In this document: piece after piece, positions 33,839-42,507 of the stretch
How positions within the stretch are numbered: the first letter of the stretch is position 1
Layout: every line of letters starts with the position of its first letter
Source: an uncultured Acetobacteraceae bacterium
Lineage (GTDB): Bacteria; Pseudomonadota; Alphaproteobacteria; Acetobacterales; Acetobacteraceae
Direction: 5' to 3'
Length of the DNA stretch: 64,000 nucleotides
Assembly: GCA_964247685.1 (NCBI GenBank)
Contig: CAXTVZ010000001.1
Coordinates: forward strand, 56,800 to 120,799
Translations under genes and position numbers: made by a program
The notes under the pieces: model-generated
The model's input: the letters and a program-made list of their open reading frames with translations, nothing else
Told to the model about the DNA's origin: nothing
Databases searched by the model: none

Positions 33839-34076
33839 TCCAATACCGCAACCCCACCTCGAAACGGAGCGGATCACAAACGGCACGCTTAACGCGATTC
33901 TCCTAACCGAGTCTCACGGTCCACCTGAGCCGCCAATGCCGTGGAAGATTTTCGTGCAGGCTTTTGATGAACCTGAGGGCGTGCGGTTCCAATTAAGTGG
34001 ATCGCGCTGGATGACTGCACGTGAGCTGCGAAAGTTTTGTGTTGCCGGAATGGTTTTGTCAGAGCACTACAAATGA
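33828..34076 (+). CDS. leader-family member h
   Basis: MPSDPIPQPHLE. Confidence 0.5.
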   Translation: MPSDPIPQPHLETERITNGTLNAILLTESHGPPEPPMPWKIFVQAFDEPEGVRFQLSGSRWMTARELRKFCVAGMVLSEHYK

Positions 34077-34495
34077 CGATACCGCAAACCCAGAAAACGT
34101 ACTCGCTAGGCGACCTTCGACTGGCCGCCGAGCATGCCGTTGCGGCCGGCGACGATTGCGTGAGCGTAGACGCGAAGGCTTTGCTGGCCCTGTGTCGAAG
34201 CGAAGCATGGGCTCACTCCGCTGTGCTCACGGAGCGCGCACCCATCGCGGCGGTTGAGCCCGCCGGGATGCGCTTGGAGAGCAGCGGCAAGCCCTCTGCG
34301 ACCTTGACCACCAAGGAGAACGCCACCTTTGAAGAGTGGTGCGCCGAGCTGGACCGGGAGAACGCCAAGAACCCTGACAGCCCATACGGTACGGGCAGCT
34401 GCGTCGAAATATGCGGCGCGGAATCGTGGCGCGACTATTACGACATTGGCTACTGTCCCGCCGACGCGCTGTCGGATGACGCCGCACATGCCTGA
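34073..34495 (+). CDS. leader-family member i
   Basis: MTIPQTQKTYSL; ATGA overlap. Confidence 0.5.
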   Translation: MTIPQTQKTYSLGDLRLAAEHAVAAGDDCVSVDAKALLALCRSEAWAHSAVLTERAPIAAVEPAGMRLESSGKPSATLTTKENATFEEWCAELDRENAKNPDSPYGTGSCVEICGAESWRDYYDIGYCPADALSDDAAHA

Positions 34496-34952
34496 CGCGG
34501 CGAAACATTGGATCATCATCCTAGAACCTCATTGTGTTCCGGAGCGCAAAGGGCCGTTTCCGGTAGATATGCTGGCAGCTTTTGTTCGGGAGGTGGGTGT
34601 CTATCGACCGTTCGACACGCGAACCATCGTACTTAGGGCGGACGCCGACTGCGACATTCTACCGCAAGACGGCCAGGAGTTTTTAGATATGCTCGGGCGT
34701 CGCCGGCGTACTGTCGTTCGCCGCCGCCTCGAAAGCGTCACGCGCAAAGGCGGCGAGAAGGTGGCTGCTAGGTTGTCCGGCCGGCTAGTTCGAATTTGGT
34801 CTGGAGAACATGGTGCCTACTGGCGCAAAAACGGCTGCGGTTACACAGACGGAAAGCGCGTGTGGGCCTGGGCGCTGCCGTTTGAGCAGGCGTTCGACAA
34901 GACGAGACATTGCGGGCCGGAGAAGAAGATCGTCTTTGAGGTGGCGCTGTGA
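34488..34952 (+). CDS. hypothetical protein
   Basis: Start ATG 34488 or 34476; 154 aa. Confidence 0.5.
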   Translation: MPDAAKHWIIILEPHCVPERKGPFPVDMLAAFVREVGVYRPFDTRTIVLRADADCDILPQDGQEFLDMLGRRRRTVVRRRLESVTRKGGEKVAARLSGRLVRIWSGEHGAYWRKNGCGYTDGKRVWAWALPFEQAFDKTRHCGPEKKIVFEVAL

Positions 34953-34989
34953 CGAACCGTCGACCGATCAAGCATGTTCTGTCAGGCCT

Positions 34990-35190
34990 ATGACCAAATT
35001 CCTCACTCCCGCGCCTCGCAAGCGCCGCAAGCTGGCAAGCGCCACCCCGCTGGAGCTGTCAGCCTGTACGTTCGTCGCCGCTCTGGCGCGCAACGTGGAC
35101 GAGCAGCGCGGCATTGAAACGGAAAGCGGGACGCCAGAGACGCGGGCGAAGATCGCGGCCGACGTGAAAAAGAGGTTCTTCGATGAGTGA
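34990..35190 (+). CDS. hypothetical protein
   Basis: 66 aa; internal start of ORF 34810..35190. Confidence 0.45.
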   Translation: MTKFLTPAPRKRRKLASATPLELSACTFVAALARNVDEQRGIETESGTPETRAKIAADVKKRFFDE

Positions 35191-35395
35191 TCAACCGAAC
35201 CCGCCCGCTGAGAGCGGACGCCCGGCTTACCAGTTCCGCTGGAGCAACATCGACCTTGAGGACTTTGTCGCGCAGCGGCGATTTGCAGCTGAAGTGTTGC
35301 GCCGGGACGCCGCCATTCTCACGCGGCGCGCTGAACAGATTGAGGAGGAAGCTCGGACTTGGGAAGCGGCGTTCGAGCTAGCCGATGCCCGCTGA
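35183..35395 (+). CDS. hypothetical protein
   Basis: 70 aa; begins MSDQPN like CDS 21397. Confidence 0.5.
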   Translation: MSDQPNPPAESGRPAYQFRWSNIDLEDFVAQRRFAAEVLRRDAAILTRRAEQIEEEARTWEAAFELADAR

Positions 35396-35849
35396 TCACG
35401 ACCGGGGGTGCGAGTCGAACACCCGCGCGGCCGCCGCCGTGCGCACCCTGGAGCACTACGGTTTCACGCATACCGGCGGCGCGTTCTGGCGCCCGCCACT
35501 CGGCGCCATGCCCGCCAGGTTTGACCCCGAGCGGCAGCCGTATGCCTCCGGCCTCGCGACCGCAGTGATGCCGCCCGTGTTCCATGCCCAGGCGCCTGGC
35601 GAGCTGTTTGCGCCAAGCCGCGGCACCGGGAGGTGGTTTGATGCGGCGTGCCTCGTGTTGCTTTCGCACATGCTTGGACCGGTCACCCACGCCGAGGACG
35701 ACAAGGTGGCCGCGTTTGTCAGGCTCAGCGAGCTTGGCCTGGTCGAGAAGATACGGTCCAGTCTGTCAGGTCCGGCGGGTTGGCAGGTCACGCAGCAGGG
35801 CGCAGTTGCGGCTCGTGCCTTAGAGGCTGTGATGGGGATCTGCGCATGA
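35385..35849 (+). CDS. hypothetical protein
   Basis: 154 aa ORF. Confidence 0.5.
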   Translation: MPADHDRGCESNTRAAAAVRTLEHYGFTHTGGAFWRPPLGAMPARFDPERQPYASGLATAVMPPVFHAQAPGELFAPSRGTGRWFDAACLVLLSHMLGPVTHAEDDKVAAFVRLSELGLVEKIRSSLSGPAGWQVTQQGAVAARALEAVMGICA

Positions 35850-36058
35850 CAGCGCTTGCGCAAGCCAAGGACGAGGAAGTCGACACCGACAGGTTTCGGG
35901 TCTCGATGGACAACACGGTGGACCGGTCGGTTTTCCGCTACAGCTTCCTTGATCATGGTGTCGCCATTGAGAGCGGGTCTGCACCGCATCCGCGCATCGT
36001 TGGGCAGCGGTTCGACGCCTTCAAGGCTCAACGCCGCTGGGCCGACGGAGGCGGTTGA
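35846..36058 (+). CDS. hypothetical protein
   Basis: ATGA overlap. Confidence 0.5.
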   Translation: MTALAQAKDEEVDTDRFRVSMDNTVDRSVFRYSFLDHGVAIESGSAPHPRIVGQRFDAFKAQRRWADGGG

Positions 36059-36064
36059 TCCTAG

Positions 36065-36382
36065 TCAGCCGCGGGGCCGGCGCCGACTCGCCACCCCGAC
36101 CAGGCCAGTGCCCCAGTCCCAGCCCTGCATGCCAAGCCCGAGCGCGCTGGTCAGCAGGATTACCACACCCAACCAGTTGGGCATCAGCAAGCGGCCGCCC
36201 GTCAGCGCCGCCGCTAGGGCGGCTAGAATGTGAGCAGCAAGGTAGCCGCAGAGCAGCCCTATCAGCACGCCAACCAGCCCGAAAATCAGCCCAACGAAGG
36301 TGCGCATGCCGGCAGTCCGAGTCAATTTTGCAACAATCTCCGGTGATGCCGGACCGCTAGCAAGATGAACAAAGCAAGACAT
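36065..36382 (-). CDS. multi-pass small membrane protein
   Basis: Gly/Leu-rich helices FVGLIFGLVGVLIGLLCGYLAAHILAALAAAL and NWLGVVILLTSALGLG. Confidence 0.55.
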   Translation of the reverse strand: MSCFVHLASGPASPEIVAKLTRTAGMRTFVGLIFGLVGVLIGLLCGYLAAHILAALAAALTGGRLLMPNWLGVVILLTSALGLGMQGWDWGTGLVGVASRRRPRG

Positions 36383-36389
36383 CGTCTCA

Positions 36390-36414
36390 CACGCTGACTT
36401 GGCTTGACAGCGTG
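36390..36414. promoter_or_regulatory. inverted repeat overlapping TTGACA in divergent gap
   Basis: CACGCTG-N11-CAGCGTG; TTGACA at 36404-36409. Confidence 0.3.
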
Positions 36415-36460
36415 TTAAGAAGGATACTCGAAACATCGCGAGTCGGAGCCGCCTAGGCTG

Positions 36461-36907
36461 ATGAACGTCACCCCGCCGTCGGTCCAGCCCGACACTGAGC
36501 CCGAAGTCATTGCTGTCGAGAACAGCCCTAAACTCCTGCGGCCGAGTTGCGACTGCGTCGAGCGGGTCAACGACTACCTTCGCCCGCTCAACGGCAGGGT
36601 CGGCACCAGGGGCACCGGAATCGGCGCAACGCCCATCGTCTTCGTGCGCCGCCTAGCGTTCGGCGGCATAGATCCGCCTGTCCTCCTGCCGCGGTTCTGC
36701 CCGTTTTGTGGCGACCCCTTCGAAGGCCAGGCGCCCCGCGCGGCCAGGCCCGCCGCCAAGTTCGACTTCGCCGACGCGCCGCCCGACTTCAACCCGGTCG
36801 AGGCTGCCGTCTTCACCCTGCTGCGCACCCAGCAGCGCACGGCCCTTGAAGCGCGCGCCATGGTCCGCCAGGCAAAGGACACCGACCAGTTTTCTGACGC
36901 CTCCTGA
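36461..36907 (+). CDS. zinc-ribbon-like protein
   Basis: CDC...CPFCG. Confidence 0.5.
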   Translation: MNVTPPSVQPDTEPEVIAVENSPKLLRPSCDCVERVNDYLRPLNGRVGTRGTGIGATPIVFVRRLAFGGIDPPVLLPRFCPFCGDPFEGQAPRAARPAAKFDFADAPPDFNPVEAAVFTLLRTQQRTALEARAMVRQAKDTDQFSDAS

Positions 36908-36909
36908 CA

Positions 36910-36922
36910 CAACAAAATGTTG
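36910..36922. promoter_or_regulatory. CAACA-N3-TGTTG palindrome
   Basis: gacaCAACAaaaTGTTGcg; TTGCGC-N17-CAGAGT. Confidence 0.5.
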
Positions 36923-37039
36923 CGCGTAATTTCGGATCACGGCAGAGTGTGCTCCGGCCCGGCGCGAGATGATTCCGGCGAGCGTCTCGCGTTCGTGGGG
37001 CGCGCTAGGTGAAAGCCAGCGCGCCCGTGCCCGCCACCG

Positions 37040-37429
37040 GTGAGAAGGGTTCGCTTGGCACGCTTCGAGAGCAGGTTCCAACCCCGCGACCGCGTCGCCA
37101 TCGACGGCGCGGAGGGGACCGCCGGCGTCATCACCGGGTTCATGTGGGACGAATGCGGTGGCGCTCAGGTGCGCGTCGCCTGGATCGACGACGGCGCGTC
37201 GAGGGCGGAGTGGCTTCAGGACTGGCGCCTGACCCTCGTTGCCGGCGCCACATCGGGAGTGGGCTTCATGCCAGCGCAGGACCGCAAACCCTCGGACGCC
37301 GAGGAAATCGCAAGCCTGAAGTCGCGCGTGTCGACGCTCGAACGCCAGCAGAGCGCCAACGACGCCGGCGAGGTACCCGCGCAGCCCGACAAGGCTGCAC
37401 GCACCGGGCCACACGCCCTCCACGGCTGA
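37040..37429 (+). CDS. hypothetical protein
   Basis: GTG start (TTG 37055 possible); 129 aa. Confidence 0.5.
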   Translation: MRRVRLARFESRFQPRDRVAIDGAEGTAGVITGFMWDECGGAQVRVAWIDDGASRAEWLQDWRLTLVAGATSGVGFMPAQDRKPSDAEEIASLKSRVSTLERQQSANDAGEVPAQPDKAARTGPHALHG

Positions 37430-37445
37430 TAAGGGGAACCATGTA

Positions 37446-38363
37446 ATGACGTATGCGACGCCGTTCTTTGCCGACCATTTTCCTGAGAGCGGCGCGGAGG
37501 GCGTGGACGATGCGACGCGCTTCTTCGACCTGCTGCCGGGCGCGAGCTGCTGGCCACCGAACCCGCCCACGTCGGCGGGGCGCTTTGCGCGCTGCCTGCA
37601 GCAGGGCTGGCCGGCATCTACGGGCAGCGGCGTCGACACCTCGGCGCGCTCGCAACCCGGCAATGATGAGCTCGGATGCTACGAAAACAGTGGCGTAACC
37701 CTGGTTCCGGGCACCGGCCTCGTTCTGTCCGCCAGCACGACGCCCGGCAGTCACTTCCCGCAGCTTCCCTACACGACCGGCTGTATCAGCCAGAACCGCT
37801 ACTATGCGATAGCAGGCGGGTACTTCGAGCTCGTCTGCCGGCTGCCGCAGGAACCCGGCCTGCTGCCCGCTTGGTGGATGATGCCAGCGGACGGCACCTG
37901 GGATTTTGAGATCGACAACTTCGAGCAGTCTGGCATCAACGGCGAGAACATCGCCTCGCCGAGTTCCTACCGCCTAGGCGCGAACAACGCGAACAACTCG
38001 ACCTCGATGGGTCAGTACGTGGACAACATTGACACCGCGGCATGGCACAAGATCGGCCTGCTGTGGCAGCCGGGCGGGGCGCTGACGCAATTTCGCGATG
38101 ACGTGCAGGTGGCGCAGATCCCGTGCCCGCCCAACGCTACGAAGCCAGCCTACATGATCGTCAACCTGGCTGTTGGCGGAAAGTGGCCTGGCGCTCCCAA
38201 GCCTGGGTTCGTCGGGGCGGCCATGTCGATCCGCTCCATATCAAGCTACAAGCTGGGGAGCTGGGGGAGCTCGCTGATCCCGTTGACGGCGCCGGCGCCT
38301 GGGCAGCAGGCGGTGACGCCCCCTGTGGCCAAGCCGCTGCCCGAAAACTTCGCCTGGAGCTAG
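37446..38363 (+). CDS. glycoside hydrolase family 16-like (beta-glucanase fold)
   Basis: GTWDFEIDNFEQ matches GH16 catalytic E-x-D-x-x-E; NLAVGGKWPG downstream. Confidence 0.7.
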   Translation: MTYATPFFADHFPESGAEGVDDATRFFDLLPGASCWPPNPPTSAGRFARCLQQGWPASTGSGVDTSARSQPGNDELGCYENSGVTLVPGTGLVLSASTTPGSHFPQLPYTTGCISQNRYYAIAGGYFELVCRLPQEPGLLPAWWMMPADGTWDFEIDNFEQSGINGENIASPSSYRLGANNANNSTSMGQYVDNIDTAAWHKIGLLWQPGGALTQFRDDVQVAQIPCPPNATKPAYMIVNLAVGGKWPGAPKPGFVGAAMSIRSISSYKLGSWGSSLIPLTAPAPGQQAVTPPVAKPLPENFAWS

Positions 38364-38456
38364 CGGCGGGCAACAGGCGCGGCGTGCTCACCCCCTCGAC
38401 ATACGGCTGTTCCGCCGTCATTGCCTAGCCGGCGTCGCGCTTGCGCAGCGCCGGCT

Positions 38457-38476
38457 GACACAACAAGAAAGTGGTT
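38457..38476. promoter_or_regulatory. half-site of the palindrome family
   Basis: gacaCAACAagaaagTGGTT; left arm and flank conserved, right arm degenerate. Confidence 0.2.
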
Positions 38477-38662
38477 CCGATGGCAGATATGGAAAAGGAC
38501 CCGAGCGCCCTCACGGTTGAGGACCGGCTTCAGAGGATGGAGGACCGGATGCAATCGGCTGAGAACAGGCTTGCGGCTGTCGAAGGCAAGCCCTCAAGCG
38601 GGCCGAGCGCGCCGGGCGGCATTCCGCCGAGCGGGCTGGTCGGCAGCCACCGCTTTCGCTAG
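38471..38662 (+). CDS. small coiled-coil protein
   Basis: Start GTG 38471 or ATG 38480. Confidence 0.45.
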   Translation: MVPMADMEKDPSALTVEDRLQRMEDRMQSAENRLAAVEGKPSSGPSAPGGIPPSGLVGSHRFR

Positions 38663-38761
38663 GCGCGTGCCATCGGCCGGGCCGCTGCGTCCACCGCCGG
38701 AGCCCGCGCGCCGGCCGCCAGGCTGAAGGCGCCGGCCGGCAAGCAGCGCCCACCGCCCAGC

Positions 38762-39040
38762 GTGGCGTATCGCCTCGTGCTGGTCGAGTGGCGCGACAGC
38801 GCGCAGCCGATCCCGGTCTGGCAGTGGGCCGACGACTTCACCTCTGCCGACACGCCCCTGTGCGTGTCCGTTGGCTACCTCATCGCCGAGACGGCCGACG
38901 CGCTGGCCTTGGCACCCAACCTAGGCGACGTGCACGGCGGCAGCGATCGCCTGCAGGTCAGCGGCGTCATTCGCATTCCGGTGAGCAGCGTCTGCCTGGT
39001 CCGCGAGCTCACACCGGTGGTGGCTACCGCCAAGGCCTAA
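38762..39040 (+). CDS. hypothetical protein
   Basis: GTG start; 92 aa. Confidence 0.5.
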   Translation: MAYRLVLVEWRDSAQPIPVWQWADDFTSADTPLCVSVGYLIAETADALALAPNLGDVHGGSDRLQVSGVIRIPVSSVCLVRELTPVVATAKA

Positions 39041-39067
39041 CTGCCTGAAATTATCTGCGTGTTAGCC

Positions 39068-39080
39068 CAACAAAATGTTG
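39068..39080. promoter_or_regulatory. CAACA-N3-TGTTG palindrome
   Basis: CAACAaaaTGTTG; TTGCGT-N16-TAATTC. Confidence 0.55.
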
Positions 39081-39112
39081 CGTATAAAAAGCCGTCGGGT
39101 AATTCTCCTCTT

Positions 39113-39133
39113 GCCGAGGGCGAGGTGTCCCGG
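39113..39133 (+). promoter_or_regulatory. leader stem-loop box
   Basis: GCCGAGGGCGAGGTGTCCCGG, ends 24 nt before ATG 39158. Confidence 0.5.
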
Positions 39134-39157
39134 TGCAGCAACAGGGACGACACCCGC

Positions 39158-39466
39158 ATGAACGCCATCTCCGGGAGCGTAGCCGGAAAATCCAAAATCG
39201 CTGGGCTGTCGAACTCGGCAGACATCCGCCTGCTCGGGCGCATGAACCGCCGGCTTGCCGACACGCTGCGCCGCCACGCGGCCGACGATCCGGCTTGGCG
39301 CGCCGAGTTGGAGGCCTCAATCGCCGCAAAAGAAAACCTTGCTGCAGCCTGCGAGAGAGTTGCCGACGACATGGACGGGCCGCGTGACCCGTGCCGATCG
39401 TTGGGACAGGTCCTCAGCGCGATGTGGCCGCCCGGTCACCCGCTGCACGGCTTGATCGTGGCTTGA
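39158..39466 (+). CDS. hypothetical protein
   Basis: Internal start of ORF 39059..39466 fixed by promoter/box layout. Confidence 0.5.
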   Translation: MNAISGSVAGKSKIAGLSNSADIRLLGRMNRRLADTLRRHAADDPAWRAELEASIAAKENLAAACERVADDMDGPRDPCRSLGQVLSAMWPPGHPLHGLIVA

Positions 39467-39472
39467 GCGGCT

Positions 39473-39826
39473 ATGGACATGAACACGCCGAGCGAATTTG
39501 CCGGGGCATCGCCAAGGAATAGCGCCACGCGCGACGCCGAAAGCCTGACGATGCGCCGCCTGAAGATCGCGCTGCAGATTACAACCGGTTTTACCGTGAA
39601 CTGCAAAGTCAGCAGCGACCGCCAGCGCACACGGTTTCTGCCATCGGAAGCCGACCAGGCTTTCCGGTTTGCGCAGCGGTGGGCGAGCATGCCGAGCTGT
39701 GCCAGTGTCGAAATCTTCGTCTGCACGCCGCACAGCCTAGTGCTCGTGCCGGCGGAGTTGTGGGCCGAGTTCGTCAACCTGTGCCTGAGCGGCGGCGGGA
39801 GCATGGATTTCGGAGACGGGTTTTGA
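39473..39826 (+). CDS. hypothetical protein
   Basis: 117 aa ORF. Confidence 0.5.
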   Translation: MDMNTPSEFAGASPRNSATRDAESLTMRRLKIALQITTGFTVNCKVSSDRQRTRFLPSEADQAFRFAQRWASMPSCASVEIFVCTPHSLVLVPAELWAEFVNLCLSGGGSMDFGDGF

Positions 39827-40338
39827 CCAAGCGGCGCCTGGTTTCGCCGCACGTGTGCGGCTGCGGCCGCGACTTCGCCACCGCCCCTGCGCTGATCGAT
39901 CACATCAAGGGCAAGCACGGTGGCCACGAGCCGGGCGGCGCGGCTTGCCCCTACTGCGGCCAGGCGTCGCGCTTCCTGTTCAGCTCGGCGCAGCTCTATC
40001 ACGGCGCTGACTACGGGCCGGCCTGGGCCTGCGTATCGTGCCAGGCGTGGGTCGGGTGCCACCCTGGCACGGCGATGCCTCTGGGCCGGCTTGCCGACAA
40101 GGCGCTACGCCTGAAAAAAAGCGAGGTGCACCGAGAGTTCGACCCCATTTGGCAGCGTGGCTATGCGACGCGGCGAGACGCCTACGCGGAATTGGCGGTG
40201 ATGCTCGGCATCCATGTGACCCAGTGTCACGTCGGCATGTTCGACATTGAGACGTGCGAGCGCGCCGTTGCGGCGTGCCAGATACTCGGCCCCCGACTTC
40301 GCGACGCGCATCTTGCCGCTTCAGGCAAAGAAGGATGA
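39823..40338 (+). CDS. zinc-finger protein (DUF3268-like)
   Basis: CPYCGQ...WACVSCQAWVGCHPGTAMPLGRLADKALRLKKSEVHREFDPIW; TTG overlaps previous stop. Confidence 0.55.
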   Translation: MTKRRLVSPHVCGCGRDFATAPALIDHIKGKHGGHEPGGAACPYCGQASRFLFSSAQLYHGADYGPAWACVSCQAWVGCHPGTAMPLGRLADKALRLKKSEVHREFDPIWQRGYATRRDAYAELAVMLGIHVTQCHVGMFDIETCERAVAACQILGPRLRDAHLAASGKEG

Positions 40339-40378
40339 GCGGCGTGCTCCCGTCGCTCAGCTCGGCGCCCGCGGCGGC

Positions 40379-40888
40379 TTAGATCGGACGCCTGAGCGCC
40401 CCGAGCAAGTTGCGCGCTTGCGTCAAGCTCATCTGGCTTGCGGCGATCTGCGTGAGGCCAGTCGACAGGTTCCACACGACCCCGATGAACTGCAGCAGGA
40501 CCTGCACCGCAATCACGTAGGGACTGTCGGGGAAATACTGCGCGAGCACCGAAACCGCGTCCTTGAGGTCGGCGAACAAGGCGGCCGCGCTCGTTGCCGG
40601 GATGGCCGCGCCGATGAAGGTCTTGAGCCCGGATAAAGCCTGCGTGGCCTTGTCAATGTCGGCCGAGACCGCCGCCGCCGCCGCCTCGATCGTGCTCCAC
40701 GCGGGCAACTCGCTGACGTGAATCGCGCCCGCGAGGACGTTGCTCAGATCCGAGAAGTTCAGCTTGGTCAAAGCGACCTTCTGCACCGGCGTGGTCTGGC
40801 AGGCGGCCAGGCCAGTCAGCAACGACGCTGCGACGCTGCTGAGCAGCACGGCCCGGCGGCTGACGCCGCGCTCGCGAAATCCACGCAT
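40379..40888 (-). CDS. lipoprotein
   Basis: RRAVLLSSVAASLLTGLAAC lipobox; AAGGGGA upstream of ATG 40888. Confidence 0.55.
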   Translation of the reverse strand: MRGFRERGVSRRAVLLSSVAASLLTGLAACQTTPVQKVALTKLNFSDLSNVLAGAIHVSELPAWSTIEAAAAAVSADIDKATQALSGLKTFIGAAIPATSAAALFADLKDAVSVLAQYFPDSPYVIAVQVLLQFIGVVWNLSTGLTQIAASQMSLTQARNLLGALRRPI

Positions 40889-40964
40889 CGGCTTCCCCTT
40901 CTTCGACGTGCCGACCTGAGGTGCGGCGCGTGGGCAATGTTGCACGAGAGAAGGGGCTCCGACA

Positions 40965-40978
40965 CAACAAAACGTTTG
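40965..40978. promoter_or_regulatory. palindrome family, degenerate
   Basis: gacaCAACAaaacGTTTG midway between divergent starts 40888(-) and 41052(+); TTGCCA-N17-TAATCG. Confidence 0.4.
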
Positions 40979-41051
40979 CCATACTCCTGTGCTCGGAGTA
41001 ATCGTTGCGCACGGCGAGGATGAGTTCCGGCCGCAGCAACAGGGGGATGCA

Positions 41052-41951
41052 GTGACATCGACCAAATCGGCTCCCGTGGCCTGGCACATCGCCGTCTATT
41101 GCCAAAACGAGGATGACCGGCTCGCCGCCTGCCTGGCGGGGATTTACCACGCCACCGAGGGCATCCGAGTCGCCGTCACCGTCCTGGTGAACGGCTCGAC
41201 CGACGGCAGCGCCGCCATTGCCCACGCCTGGACCGAGCGAGACCGCACGGGCGCGTTCGACGTCTCCGTCGTCGAGACGGCGCACGCCGACAAGTCCGAG
41301 GCGATCAACCGCTTTTTCTACGAGTTGCGCCGCCCTGCCGAGTTCTATTTCGGCATCGATGGCTTCACCATCGTTGAGCCCGACGCGCTCAAGACGATGG
41401 TCGTCGCGCTGCGCGAAGACGGGCACGCGCACGCGGCCTCCGGCTATTGCACGAACGGGCGCACCGAGTTGGGTGTCGGTGGCCCAGGCGCCCTACGCGG
41501 GTGCTTCTACGCCCTGCGCGGCAGCTTCGTGCAGATGATCGTCAGCCGCAACATCCGGCTTCCCCTCGGCCTTTACCGCGGTGACGGGCTGCTCGGCTCC
41601 ATGGTGGCCCACAGCCTGGACCCCGTTCGCAAGCGTTGGGACAACGCCCGCGCCCTGCAGGTGGCCGGCGCCCGCTACTCGATCCGGCAACTCTCAGTCG
41701 TCAAGCCGAGCGACCTCCGCCGTCAGTTCCGTCGGCGGGTGCGCCAGGCGCGGGGCGTACTTGAGAACGCCGCCATCAAGGAAATCATCTATCGGCGCGG
41801 CTTTGAAGGGCTGCCGTCGAACGCCGACGTGATGATCGACCAGTATCTGTTGATCCTCCCGGTGCCGAAGGTCGGCCTGGCGCAGCTACCCTTCATGGCG
41901 CTGGCGGTCAGCCACGTCAGGCGCGCCATCGCCCGCATGCGGGCGGCATGA
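41052..41951 (+). CDS. glycosyltransferase family 2-like protein
   Basis: AVTVLVNGSTDGS and FGIDGFT resemble GT-A nucleotide-binding/DxD regions; GTG after AGGGGGA. Confidence 0.5.
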   Translation: MTSTKSAPVAWHIAVYCQNEDDRLAACLAGIYHATEGIRVAVTVLVNGSTDGSAAIAHAWTERDRTGAFDVSVVETAHADKSEAINRFFYELRRPAEFYFGIDGFTIVEPDALKTMVVALREDGHAHAASGYCTNGRTELGVGGPGALRGCFYALRGSFVQMIVSRNIRLPLGLYRGDGLLGSMVAHSLDPVRKRWDNARALQVAGARYSIRQLSVVKPSDLRRQFRRRVRQARGVLENAAIKEIIYRRGFEGLPSNADVMIDQYLLILPVPKVGLAQLPFMALAVSHVRRAIARMRAA

Positions 41952-42418
41952 TGACTCCGCGGCTTGCGCTGCCGGGCTGCCTGTTGACCGCCTGCGTCGT
42001 CGGCTGCGCCGTCCTGCTCGGCCCGCCGGAAGCGCCGGCCGCCGCCGCGGTGACGCCCAATGCGCAGCTGACGCCGGGGGCGGTGTCCAGCGACCCTGTG
42101 GAGGCTGTGTGCCGGCCAGGCTACGCGGCCGCGAGGCGGGCTGAACTGCCCCGGGTCGCGCGGGCCGAAGTCTACGCGCGCTACGGCATGGCAGAGCACA
42201 GCCGAGGCTTTGTCATCGACCACCGCGTGCCGCTCAGCCTGGGCGGCCTCAACCTAGTGGAGAACCTATGGCCGGAGCCAAAGGCCGGCCGGGAGAGTGC
42301 GCACGCCAAGGACGAGCTCGAGCGCGCGCTGCACAGCAGAGTATGCCGTTACCATACGATGACGCTGCGGGCGGCGCAGGACGTCTTCCTCGGCGACTGG
42401 CGCGCCGGCGCGCCGTAG
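41948..42418 (+). CDS. HNH-motif nuclease-like lipoprotein
   Basis: Lipobox CLLTAC; VIDHRVPLSLGGLNLVENLWPE. Confidence 0.6.
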   Translation: MMTPRLALPGCLLTACVVGCAVLLGPPEAPAAAAVTPNAQLTPGAVSSDPVEAVCRPGYAAARRAELPRVARAEVYARYGMAEHSRGFVIDHRVPLSLGGLNLVENLWPEPKAGRESAHAKDELERALHSRVCRYHTMTLRAAQDVFLGDWRAGAP

Positions 42419-42464
42419 GCCGCCATCGCCGGCCTCGGCGGCGATCTTCGCTTGCGATAGCGCC

Positions 42465-42477
42465 CAACATATTGTTG
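42465..42477. promoter_or_regulatory. CAACA-N3-TGTTG palindrome, inverted flank orientation
   Basis: CAACAtatTGTTGtgtc, only 30 nt before ATG 42508. Confidence 0.45.
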
Positions 42478-42507
42478 TGTCGGACGAGCAACCCAGCCTG
42501 GCGAACC

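Noticed and set aside
29860-34500. Low-GC island as a discrete mobile element mobilised by the serine recombinase
   Set aside because: I could not find flanking direct or inverted repeats at the GC transitions, so no element boundaries can be supported. It is kept only as a compositional observation within the cassette finding.
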